DNA of 64,000 nucleotides from a virus, in the UHGV virus genome UHGV-0096064; one strand, written 5' to 3'. The notes under the pieces were generated by a model that was given only the letters and a program-made list of their open reading frames with translations, had not been told where the DNA came from and did no database searches. This document shows, in pieces, positions 37,475-45,469 of the stretch. Within the stretch, counting starts at the first letter, position 1; the number at the start of each line of letters is the position of its first letter. Made by a program: the position numbers and the translations under genes.

Positions 37475-38083
37475 TTACCCCTCGAAATCCGAACGCTCAA
37501 GCAACGTATACGTAAAAGAATTTCCATAGACCGACCGCGCTTTCTCCAATACTTCAATGAACTTCTTGTATTCCGCCGCCCCCGCGCCCACCGTGCAGCC
37601 CTCTGACCAGTTGTCCACCTGAATGGAGGTGTGGGTCTTGGACGACCAGTGAATGTTGATGCCGAACATCCCCCACTGGATGTCCCCATAGTCCATATAC
37701 AAGTCCATGTTCTTGTCCCGGTATACGGCCACAGGCTTTATCTGGACGAGAGCCTTCTCCTTGCCCTTGTGCAAGCCCAGAGCATAGGCACCCCTGTATT
37801 GCCCCGGCACCATAACGGCCCGGCCATAGGATGGCGGGCTTATCATCGGCCCCTTGCCGGGGTCGGTGGTGCAGGCGAACCTGTCATCCACCCATTCACC
37901 ATCCACCTTATATAACAGGCACAGCGTATCGTCAAATTTGTTGGTGACTTGGCGGCTGTTTCGGATGCCTACCACGTTGGTATTGTAGTCGCCCTCGGTA
38001 AACACGGCATACCCCTTGCGGCGCATGACCGAGAAAATATCGTCAAGGCTGTAGTCGACCATAGGATTCTCCTTTTGGAGCAC
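37475..38083 (-). CDS. putative peptidoglycan hydrolase (endolysin candidate), family unresolved
   Basis: 202 aa, first gene of the lysis cassette. Contains IHWSSKTH...WSEGCTVG, reminiscent of the YkuD (L,D-transpeptidase-fold) H..S.GC catalytic signature. No canonical lysozyme, amidase or CHAP motif seen. Confidence 0.35.
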   Translation of the reverse strand: MLQKENPMVDYSLDDIFSVMRRKGYAVFTEGDYNTNVVGIRNSRQVTNKFDDTLCLLYKVDGEWVDDRFACTTDPGKGPMISPPSYGRAVMVPGQYRGAYALGLHKGKEKALVQIKPVAVYRDKNMDLYMDYGDIQWGMFGINIHWSSKTHTSIQVDNWSEGCTVGAGAAEYKKFIEVLEKARSVYGNSFTYTLLERSDFEG

Positions 38084-38301
38084 AGGGTAAAATAATTATG
38101 GGAAACCCTCAACAAAACCGTTGACATCCGGGACGAATGCGTCTATATATGGCTCACCGAAAAGGGAATGAACCACGAGCGGCCTGCCGAAGCTGGCTGG
38201 ATTGACGGGGACTCGTAATGGAAGACGGTCAGCTTGATGCTTCCCGCAACCGGTTTATATCTCTCTTTCGTAGAACTGCGCGATACCCACTATCAGCAGA
38301 A

Positions 38302-38356
38302 CCCCCTTGGAAGGGTTTTACCACCAACTTGTTCCTTCCAAGGGGGCTTTCTTTTG
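38302..38356. terminator. strong intergenic hairpin between the LRR paralog (38368..39474) and the lysis cassette; T-tract on the plus strand
   Basis: Perfect 13-bp stem CCCCCTTGGAAGG...CCTTCCAAGGGGG with a 19-nt loop, followed on the plus strand by CTTTCTTTTG. Both flanking genes are on the minus strand. Coordinates +/-2. Confidence 0.45.
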
Positions 38357-38367
38357 CCTATTGGCGC

Positions 38368-39474
38368 CTACCGCCAACTAGCTGGAATGTTTGAATAATT
38401 TGCCGCATTGGTACAATTCATGAAAGTGAAGTCATGGGTCGGCGTGTTCGGGTACTTCGACCACAAGGCCGGGACGCTCGACGTAATGGCGGCATCATAC
38501 GAGAACGAATGGGTGAAGTCCTCGACCGATTTGGTCGTATCGAACAACGATTCCGGCACCGTGATTAACCCTGTACAATTATTGAACACATAGGCGAAGT
38601 TGGTCACTTTGGTCGTGGTGCTGAACAGGCCAGACGGGACGACGATAATCTCAGGACACTCCATGAACGTGCCGTAAAAGCTGGTCGCCTCGGTGTTATT
38701 CTTGAAAAGCGTCGACGGGACTTGAACCAGATTGCTGCACCGGGCGAACGTCCCGGCGAAAAGCTGCGCCTTGGAGTTGTTGGCGAACAGATTCTGCGGC
38801 ACCTCACGCAACCCGTCGCAGCCGTCGAAGCAATAGGAAAAGTCCACGACATTGGGGTTCCCCGCGAACAGGTCAGCCGGAATGTCCGTCACCTTCACCA
38901 GCCCATGGAAGCAGTTCTGGAACCCGGTCGCCGCCTTGCAATTGGCAAACAAATTCTCCGGGATGGATGAAATCAGGGAACAGCCGTTGAAGCTGTTGGA
39001 GAACCCGGTACACTCCGTCCACAGGTCAAAGAGGCCCACCGGGATGGAGCGGAGATGCGAGCAGCCGTAGAAGTGGGAATAGGGGTCGGTCAGCACCGGG
39101 GGCAAGCTGTAGGTCTCGGCACCATCCGGCCCGATGTTGACAAGGGTCTCCCGAAAGAATTGGGTATGCGGGATAGCCGCCCGTTCAGGGTTGCTTCCCA
39201 CGAACTGGACTTGGCGCATGTCCTTTGCCCAGATGCGCATGGTGTAAACGCCGGACTGGTCATAGTCGTGGATGAGCTGGTCGGTATCGCTGCTTCCGGC
39301 CTTGACGGTCGTGACCTTGCCATCTCCCCACTCAATGAAGGTATCAATCAGGAATACCCCCCTCTCGTCTTCCAGATAACCGAGCGGCGCGCTCGTCCGC
39401 TTTCCCCCGGATGTGGTGGCCCCGGTGTCCACGACGAACACCATCGGCATCATATTGTCTCTGTATCCATACAT
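38368..39474 (-). CDS. BspA-type leucine-rich-repeat protein, paralog 3 (368 aa from the MYGYRDN start)
   Basis: C-terminal ~23-aa repeats F.GC..L..IP..LF.NN....F...F..C. N-terminal domain (TGATTSG..., WGDGKVTTV) and C-terminal ending YSNIPASWR are shared with the other two paralogs. The ORF track extends to 39567, but the homologous start MYGY lies at 39474 with an AGGA RBS. Confidence 0.75.
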   Translation of the reverse strand: MYGYRDNMMPMVFVVDTGATTSGGKRTSAPLGYLEDERGVFLIDTFIEWGDGKVTTVKAGSSDTDQLIHDYDQSGVYTMRIWAKDMRQVQFVGSNPERAAIPHTQFFRETLVNIGPDGAETYSLPPVLTDPYSHFYGCSHLRSIPVGLFDLWTECTGFSNSFNGCSLISSIPENLFANCKAATGFQNCFHGLVKVTDIPADLFAGNPNVVDFSYCFDGCDGLREVPQNLFANNSKAQLFAGTFARCSNLVQVPSTLFKNNTEATSFYGTFMECPEIIVVPSGLFSTTTKVTNFAYVFNNCTGLITVPESLFDTTKSVEDFTHSFSYDAAITSSVPALWSKYPNTPTHDFTFMNCTNAANYSNIPASWR

Positions 39475-39488
39475 AACGGCATATCCTA

Positions 39489-39504
39489 TGTGTGTGTGTG
39501 TGTG
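39489..39504. repeat. (TG)8 / (CA)8 dinucleotide microsatellite immediately upstream of the RBS of the LRR paralog 38368..39474
   Basis: tgtgtgtgtgtgtgtg read directly from the sequence. On the coding strand of the LRR gene it reads gggatg(CA)8 TAGGATatgccgttATG. Confidence 0.85.
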
Positions 39505-39584
39505 CATCCCTTGACGAATCTGCCTGGCAGTGCATACTACCCCCAAAGAACACCCATTGTCCAACACCCAATACAGGAGCCAAT

Positions 39585-40172
39585 ATGGACAGACTCATTT
39601 GCGGCTACCCGGTCGTGCCCAAGGCGAAAACGCTCATGGTGTACTCCGACCCCGACTATACCAGCCCCTACCCCGGATATGCTCTGGAAGAAGTCATGAA
39701 CTTCCGTGCGGACGACAAGCCCTATGTCGGCCCCGTCGAGTTTGAATACGACGACAGCATCACTGGCCCCGCGTCCGTGACGACCGACAGCAAAGGGAAA
39801 GCCACCGTCACCCTCACGCCGAACAGAGATGGCCTCTCCATCATCACATGCAAATTCGGGGGGGGAGAGTACGAACTCAGGTACAGTGTGCTAAACCATC
39901 AGGTGAGGTTCGGCGTCAGAACCATCTACCAGAACCGGAACACCTCCACAACGCTCTGGGTCAACAATAACTTGCAGGAATACAACGGGACGGTCTCCAT
40001 CAAGTACCCGGCAGGGCTTACCGGGCCGACCAGCGGTAAGATAAGCGCCGGGGCGATGGCAATCACCATCAACGGCTCCACGCTCGGACGCAAACAGGTC
40101 GACGTCCAGTTCGGCGTGCAGACCGCCTACTGCGCCGTGGAAGTCATTAAAGACCCGATGCCTCCTCAGTAA
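39585..40172 (+). CDS. hypothetical secreted or Ig-like beta-sandwich protein (cargo gene on the opposite strand)
   Basis: 195 aa from the ATG with a CAGGAG RBS (the ORF-track start at 39492 is upstream of this). Followed by its own intrinsic terminator. Opposite orientation to the flanking LRR genes. Confidence 0.5.
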   Translation: MDRLICGYPVVPKAKTLMVYSDPDYTSPYPGYALEEVMNFRADDKPYVGPVEFEYDDSITGPASVTTDSKGKATVTLTPNRDGLSIITCKFGGGEYELRYSVLNHQVRFGVRTIYQNRNTSTTLWVNNNLQEYNGTVSIKYPAGLTGPTSGKISAGAMAITINGSTLGRKQVDVQFGVQTAYCAVEVIKDPMPPQ

Positions 40173-40180
40173 CCCGTACA

Positions 40181-40213
40181 CCCCCTGTCATTCCGGCAGG
40201 GGGTTTCGTTTTG
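40181..40213 (+). terminator. rho-independent terminator after 39585..40172
   Basis: CCCCCTG-tcattccgg-CAGGGGG followed by TTTCGTTTTG, 9 nt after the stop codon. Confidence 0.55.
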
Positions 40214-40281
40214 AACAGGATTGACTATCCATTACCCCCCTTAAAATCCTTTGATAAACCCTATCATCAAAGGATGGAACC

Positions 40282-40914
40282 ATGTACGGATATTTGGAAA
40301 ACAAGGGCAGGGTCATGGGAAAACTCGCCTTCTCCTGCTCTTGGAACTTCGTCGGCGACCTCGCCAACAACCCCCGGTACAACGCGCTAGTGACGACGCC
40401 GAACCTCCTCTTCCTCTCGACGTCCTATGAAGAGCCGGGAGCGGATGACGGGATGGAGTTCACCTCAAACGGCCTTGTCTGCACCGAGGGGTCGATTGCC
40501 ACGAAGACGCAAACGGATTCAAGCTGGACAATCTCAGGACTTACGGGGTCACAAATCAACATGGGCGCGGGTTCGGCCAATGCCTTCAACATCATCAACT
40601 ACCTGACCGCATGGGTCTGGAGTCCGAAGAAGGAACAGTGGTATTCTCTGGGCACACTCCCCTCGTATGCACCGGGGTCTCCGACTTCCGTCAACACCGA
40701 CCAGCACCTGTCGATGGATAGGCAAGGCGAGGTGAGCTACCTCGAAGCCAAGGAACCCTCTGACGACCACCGCATCATCCGGTGGGAAGACTTCGACTTC
40801 CACTTCCAGATGACGGCGGTCTATACGGACAAGTACGAGAGCTGCAACTTCAAGGAACCCATCGTGAACGTGCGCTTCGGCGCGCCCTACGAGTTCGACC
40901 CCGACTACTTCTAG
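40282..40914 (+). CDS. hypothetical protein whose N-terminus MYGYLENKG echoes the LRR paralog starts
   Basis: 210-aa plus-strand ORF between minus-strand LRR genes. Begins MYGY, as do the three LRR proteins (MYGYRDN, MYAYLNHKD, MYGYRDNEPRES). Confidence 0.5.
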   Translation: MYGYLENKGRVMGKLAFSCSWNFVGDLANNPRYNALVTTPNLLFLSTSYEEPGADDGMEFTSNGLVCTEGSIATKTQTDSSWTISGLTGSQINMGAGSANAFNIINYLTAWVWSPKKEQWYSLGTLPSYAPGSPTSVNTDQHLSMDRQGEVSYLEAKEPSDDHRIIRWEDFDFHFQMTAVYTDKYESCNFKEPIVNVRFGAPYEFDPDYF

Positions 40915-41020
40915 AAAAGGCCGGAATGGGGCCTAGGATGGCGATAACGGGTCAAGATAGCGTTGGATAAGGGATGAGGGATTGCGAGGCTCTGGAGGGC
41001 GTTTCTGCCCCGGAAAAGGT

Positions 41021-41053
41021 GAACCCCTCTCAAGTTGCAGTTGAGAGGGGTTC
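41021..41053. terminator. perfect 13-bp hairpin between the converging plus-strand cargo genes and the minus-strand small genes
   Basis: GAACCCCTCTCAA-gttgcag-TTGAGAGGGGTTC. Confidence 0.45.
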
Positions 41054-41158
41054 GGAGGACTGGTCATGTCCATACGTTGGAGTACGTATACGGCAGGAGA
41101 CCGAAATCAGGATGTTTCCTTAATTACCCCGCCAGTATACCCCGGACGGGGCTTGAAG

Positions 41159-41293
41159 TCAACAGCCGCCCCATCGCTCCATCGCGTAGATGAGGATGCA
41201 GGCTATCACCCATCCCCAGAAGATGCCGCTGCACGCGGCCCAGAACGGGACGCACAGGAAGACGAACGTGAGGAACAAGATGTAAGCCATACT
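41159..41293 (-). CDS. possible 44-aa hydrophobic peptide (below the ORF-track cutoff)
   Basis: Hand translation: MAYILFLTFVFLCVPFWAACSGIFWGWVIACILIYAMERWGGC. Two predicted transmembrane segments. Tandem with 41292..41483. Confidence 0.3.
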   Translation of the reverse strand, partial: SMAYILFLTFVFLCVPFWAACSGIFWGWVIACILIYAMERWGGC

Positions 41294-41483
41294 AAAGAGT
41301 TCTCGTGGCCCAAAGGATGAAGGCGATGCAGGCCAAAAGGCTCACCAGCACGGCGCAGGCAATCGCGAAATCATCCGAGGGCACGGCCTCCCGGTTCTGG
41401 CAGGGGCACTGGACGACGATGGTTTGGCACACAGGCTGGCACTGGACAGGCATCGGATACTGAACGGACGGAGAAGCATTCAT
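41292..41483 (-). CDS. possible small Cys-rich membrane protein
   Basis: 63 aa. Cys-rich N-terminus (CQPVCQTIVVQCPCQ) and C-terminal transmembrane helix ACAVLVSLLACIAFILWA. Downstream of the disrupted LRR gene. Confidence 0.35.
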   Translation of the reverse strand: MNASPSVQYPMPVQCQPVCQTIVVQCPCQNREAVPSDDFAIACAVLVSLLACIAFILWATRTL

Positions 41484-41523
41484 ATCGAGGACTCCTTTGG
41501 GTTAAATGGTTCGAGAACGGATG

Positions 41524-43135
41524 TTACTTCCAATCGTCGGGAATGTCAACGTAGTTGGAAGCACTGGTCACGTTGCGGAAACACCTGCCATGGTCGGCGA
41601 CATCAGGGTATGTCGTCCATAGCGTGGGTACGGCGCTTGTTACCTGTGAGCAACCGAGGAATGTACTTACAAAACTTTCCACTTTGCTCTTATTGTCAAA
41701 CAACCCGGACGGGATGCTCTTTAGAACCTGCCAATTCGCGAACGTATTCTGGAAAGATGTGACATCCGGCTGGTTCCTGAACAGTCCGGCGGGAATCTCC
41801 ACACCAGCCCACCACTCGGAAAAGGCGTTATAGAAGTTGGTCGCCTTGATATTGTTGGCAAATATGTCTTCCGGTATATGCGTCATCTTGGACAAACCGG
41901 CAAACACGCTGCCGAAGTTAGTAACCTTGGTGTTCTTAGCGAAAAGGTTCGCAGGGATTTCTCCCACGATACTCTGACATCCGCTGAACGTGGCGAAGAA
42001 CACCGTGGCATCCGGCTAGTTGTCGAACAGTCCTTCGGGTATCCCCGTTATCAGGCTGCAATCGGAGAACACATAGGAGAAATCGGTAATCTTGGGATTG
42101 TTGGCGAACAATTCCGCCGGGATAGTACCCGTCACCTTGTAGCAGCTTTCAAACAGATACTCGACATCCACGAGTTCCGTCATGGCGCTCAGGAGATTGC
42201 CCGGAATGGAACCCGTGAGGTTCCTGCAATTGTCGAACAGATGGGCCACGGTGGTGACTTTCGTATGCTTGGAGAACATGGAGGGCATGGGATTGGCCCA
42301 ACTCGAACAATTTTGGAAGGTCGATGCAAACGAAGTCACTTCGAGATTGGTGTCGAATAATGTCGTGGGCACCGAAACCAGCGAGGTGCAACCATAGAAC
42401 GTGTTGGTGAAGTCGACGACTCTGGTGTTCTTGGCGAAAAGTCTGGACGGGATGGTGGTGATGCCGCACGTTGAGAATGTACCGTAAAAAAGTCGTGACG
42501 TCCGGGCAATTATCAAAGAGGTTGTTGGGAATGGCCTTGATGCCGAGGCATCCATAAAAACAATCGGAAAAACTGTTGACCTTGACGGTCTTGTCGAAGA
42601 GACCGGATGGGATTTCCGTCAAACCGGAACAGGTGTGGAACGTGGAGTTGAAGGTCTCGGTGTTCGGATTGCCGTCGAAAATCCCGGCGGGGATGGCCTT
42701 CAATTTGGAGCAGCCGTAGAACGCGCCCTTGAACGCGGTCGGGACAAGTTCCGGAAAGCTGTATCCGGTAGGGTCTTTCGGCACGATGCCGACAAGCGTG
42801 TCCTGCCACAAGTCCATGTTCTTTATGGCGTTCGTAAACGAGCACTTGCCGAGGTCGTCCGCCGTCACTCCTATGACGTACTCGCCCGGCGTCGCGTAAG
42901 TATGCGTGGCGTACTCGTCGAAATAGGCATCACTATACTCGATGCCCTTGGGGATGGTCGTAATGGTGCCGTCGCCCCAATCCACTTGTACGGCAGTCTG
43001 CGTTTTATAACCAGACATCATATTCTCGAACGCATGGATGGAGCTCATGGCTTTCGTATTGCCCGATGTCGTAGCCTCGGTATTCACGACACAATAGACG
43101 TATTCCCTATCCTTATGATTCAAATAAGCATACAT
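41524..43135 (-). pseudogene. BspA-type LRR paralog 2, disrupted by a +1 frameshift in a T6 run (~42484) and an in-frame TAG (~42013)
   Basis: Three consecutive ORF-track pieces (42149..43159, 42016..42555 and 41524..42003) together make one LRR protein homologous to its neighbours. The frame changes at gtcacgacTTTTTTacgg (VTTF|LRY versus the expected VTTFYGTFSTCG). Then LFDN-TAG-PDATV(M)FFATFSGC. Confidence 0.7.
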
Positions 43136-43157
43136 AATGATACTCTCCTTATTTTCC

Positions 43158-43167
43158 ATATATATAT
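43158..43167. repeat. (AT)5 tract in the upstream region of LRR paralog 2
   Basis: On the coding strand: cgctcTTTGACTgaatccccATATATATATggaaaatAAGGAGagtatcattATG(MYAY...). A TTGACT -35-like hexamer lies 9 nt upstream of the tract. Confidence 0.6.
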
Positions 43168-43211
43168 GGGGATTCAGTCAAAGAGCGACGCCATGTGAGG
43201 TCAGGAGGGGA

Positions 43212-44927
43212 CTACTTCCAGTCGTCAGGAATGTCGGCGTAGTTGGTCAACTTGCTGCAATTTCTGAAACATTTAGTTCCATTGGCGTCAGGATGAGTGA
43301 CCCACAAGTCGGGAGCTGTTCCAACCAGCTTGTAACAATTCTCGAATATCTGGTGGAAATCCTTGATATTCGGATTGTTCACGAAGAGGTTCGTTGGCAG
43401 CGTCGTCAAATTGGTGCATCCATTAAACATCATCTCCACGTCATCCAGAGCAGGATTGTTGTCAAACAACCCTTCCGGGATGGCACCCTCCAACGTGTTC
43501 AAACTATAGAAAGCGTAAGCCAAATTCTTTAACTTGGGGTTGTTGGCGAACAGCTTGGCGGGAATGGAGCCGTTGAAATCACAACCGTAGAACACGCTGT
43601 CGAGATACGTTAGCTCCGGGCAATTGGCAAAAAGATTCTCAGGAATGGGGCCGTTCAAATTGCATACCCTGAACAAACCGGAAAAAATCTCGGCAAGCGG
43701 GTTATGAGCGAACAACCCTTCCGGAATGGGGCCCACCAAACCATCACAACCATAGAAACAGCCGGAGAAGTTCGTCACTTCGGGGCAATTGGCAAAAAGG
43801 TTTTCAGGGATAGTTCCTGTGAGTCCCTCGCAGAACCGGAAGGTATCCGAAAACGTCTGCACCTTCGTGCAATTGGCAAAGAAGTTCTCAGGAATGGCAC
43901 CAGTGAGCTTCTCACATTCATAGAACGTCGCCTCGAAAGAAATAACTTCGGGGCAATTGGCGAACAAACCCGCAGGCAGGGAACCCGTCAGGCCCTTGCA
44001 ACCGTAGAATGCAGAGACAAAGGTACCCGCCTTCCGGTTATTGGCGAAAAGATTCTCAGGAATGGAGCCAGTGATATTTTCGTCAAAATAGAACAATCGG
44101 TCAAAAGTGTAAGCTATGGTGTTGTGGGCAAAAAGGTTTTCAGGGATAGGCCCTGTCAATCCAGGGCAGTGGCTGAATACATAGGCGAACGATGTCACAT
44201 TGGGATTGTTGGCGAAGAGATTCTCAGGAATTTCAGTCAGTCCCTCACAACCATTGAACACGCTGTCAAACTTGTAAACTTTTGGACAATTGGCAAAAAG
44301 GTTTTCAGGGATAGACGTGATATTTTCACAGCTATAGAATGTGGAAGCAAACGACTCGACCTTGGTGTTCTTGGTGAAAAGGTCTTCGGGAAGCGCACCC
44401 GTAAGTCCAAGACAATAATAGAACGTATTTTCAAAAGTGGTGGCGTCTACGTTTTTGTAGAATATGCCTTTAGGAACCTGCGTCAACTTCTTGCAACTAT
44501 AAAAGGCATAAGCAAGTCCGTCATGCCGGAAAACAGGCAGCGAATAGGACTCGGCACCCTTGGGGCCAATCCCGATAAGAGTTCTTCTATAGACATTCCA
44601 TTCACTCTGGTTGATGTCATAACCATGCAACTTGCAGACGCTGAAATCATCAGCGTAAACAGTCACAGTATATTCGCCGGGGGTGGCATAGTCATGCGTG
44701 GAATATTTATCCCAATACTGTGAATAAAACTCCGTACCCTTGGGAATTTCGGAAATTGAACCATCACCCCAATCAATAGTAATTGCCGTCAGGGATTGCT
44801 CATCAAGACCAAAGCTATTGAATGAATATACTGGAACCACAAACTCGGTATCACCCTCGTTGGTGGCCTCGGTATTTATAAGAAAGATAAGGCTTTCACG
44901 CGGCTCATTGTCACGATAACCATACAT
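43212..44927 (-). CDS. BspA-type leucine-rich-repeat protein, paralog 1 (571 aa from the MYGYRDN start)
   Basis: Long array of ~23-aa repeats (FxxCxxLTGxIPENLFANNxxxxxFxxxF). The N-terminal domain and the C-terminal YADIPDDWK are shared with the paralogs. The ORF track extends 78 codons further upstream (to 45161) through the promoter-like sequence. The homologous start with an AAAGGAG RBS is at 44927. Confidence 0.75.
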   Translation of the reverse strand: MYGYRDNEPRESLIFLINTEATNEGDTEFVVPVYSFNSFGLDEQSLTAITIDWGDGSISEIPKGTEFYSQYWDKYSTHDYATPGEYTVTVYADDFSVCKLHGYDINQSEWNVYRRTLIGIGPKGAESYSLPVFRHDGLAYAFYSCKKLTQVPKGIFYKNVDATTFENTFYYCLGLTGALPEDLFTKNTKVESFASTFYSCENITSIPENLFANCPKVYKFDSVFNGCEGLTEIPENLFANNPNVTSFAYVFSHCPGLTGPIPENLFAHNTIAYTFDRLFYFDENITGSIPENLFANNRKAGTFVSAFYGCKGLTGSLPAGLFANCPEVISFEATFYECEKLTGAIPENFFANCTKVQTFSDTFRFCEGLTGTIPENLFANCPEVTNFSGCFYGCDGLVGPIPEGLFAHNPLAEIFSGLFRVCNLNGPIPENLFANCPELTYLDSVFYGCDFNGSIPAKLFANNPKLKNLAYAFYSLNTLEGAIPEGLFDNNPALDDVEMMFNGCTNLTTLPTNLFVNNPNIKDFHQIFENCYKLVGTAPDLWVTHPDANGTKCFRNCSKLTNYADIPDDWK

Positions 44928-44957
44928 ATTGGTTCTCCTTTTTGTCCTTTCTATACA

Positions 44958-44967
44958 AGAGAGAGAG
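44958..44967. repeat. (AG)5 / (CT)5 tract in the spacer between -35-like and -10-like hexamers of the LRR paralog 1 promoter
   Basis: Coding strand: ccagtccTTGCCAgCTCTCTCTCTtgTATAGAaaggacaaaAAGGAGaaccaatATG. The spacer between TTGCCA and TATAGA is only 13 nt. Gaining two CT units would give 17 nt. Confidence 0.6.
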
Positions 44968-45257
44968 CTGGCAAGGACTGGAGCGGGACAGGGTGTGGGC
45001 CGGGAACTGGACTGGAAATTTCTCCGAAAAAATTTTGGAGGGGGTGAATGCTGTGGATTCAGACGGGGGTCAACGAAGCCCCCACCCCCCCTCGGACTGG
45101 ACTCATCTACGAACTCGGCGTCGACGGTGTCGCGCAATGTAGGTTGGCACAGGAATTGCATAGGAAAAGTTGCTCGAAGTCGCGAGCGTTCCTATATATG
45201 GAGTGGCCGGGGCGCGCCAAGTCCTTCGTCCAAATCCCCCGCCGGGCCGTCCCTACC

Positions 45258-45285
45258 CTCGACGCCCTCGACGCCCTCGACGCCC
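45258..45285. repeat. 3x direct 9-bp repeat CGACGCCCT
   Basis: acgccctcgacgccctcgacgccctc, at the leftward edge of the control region. Confidence 0.5.
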
Positions 45286-45427
45286 TCCCGCCCGCCTCAC
45301 TCCATCACCTTGATGAAGCGGCCTGACGCGCCGCCTGCTCCACGTTCGCGGCTCATCCCTACCTTATATATACCCTGACCTTTTCGCCGCAAGCTGACGC
45401 GCTTCCCGTCCTGCTATGTCATCAGCT

Positions 45428-45459
45428 CCATCCAGTCCCGCCAGTCCCGCCAGTCCTAC
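45428..45459. repeat. 3x direct repeat CCAGTCC(C/T)(G/A)
   Basis: tccagtcccgccagtcccgccagtcctaccag. The core TCCAGTYC also recurs upstream of several early genes. Confidence 0.5.
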
Positions 45460-45469
45460 CAGACAACCA

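Noticed and set aside
42013-42015. TAG reassignment (alternative genetic code) suggested by the in-frame TAG in the LRR pseudogene
   Set aside because: Only one such case. All other long genes are uninterrupted under the standard code, and the same gene also carries a frameshift. Gene decay or a sequencing error is more parsimonious.
44928-45161. 78-codon N-terminal extension of the ORF-track LRR1 ORF (start at 45161)
   Set aside because: The extension reads through the promoter-like TTGCCA...TATAGA, the (CT)5 tract and the AAAGGAG RBS. Homologous paralogs begin at MYGY. Not retained as coding.
38368-45161. Diversity-generating retroelement targeting the LRR genes
   Set aside because: No reverse-transcriptase motifs (YxDD, RT domains 1-7) found in any ORF of the window, and no template or variable repeat pair identified.
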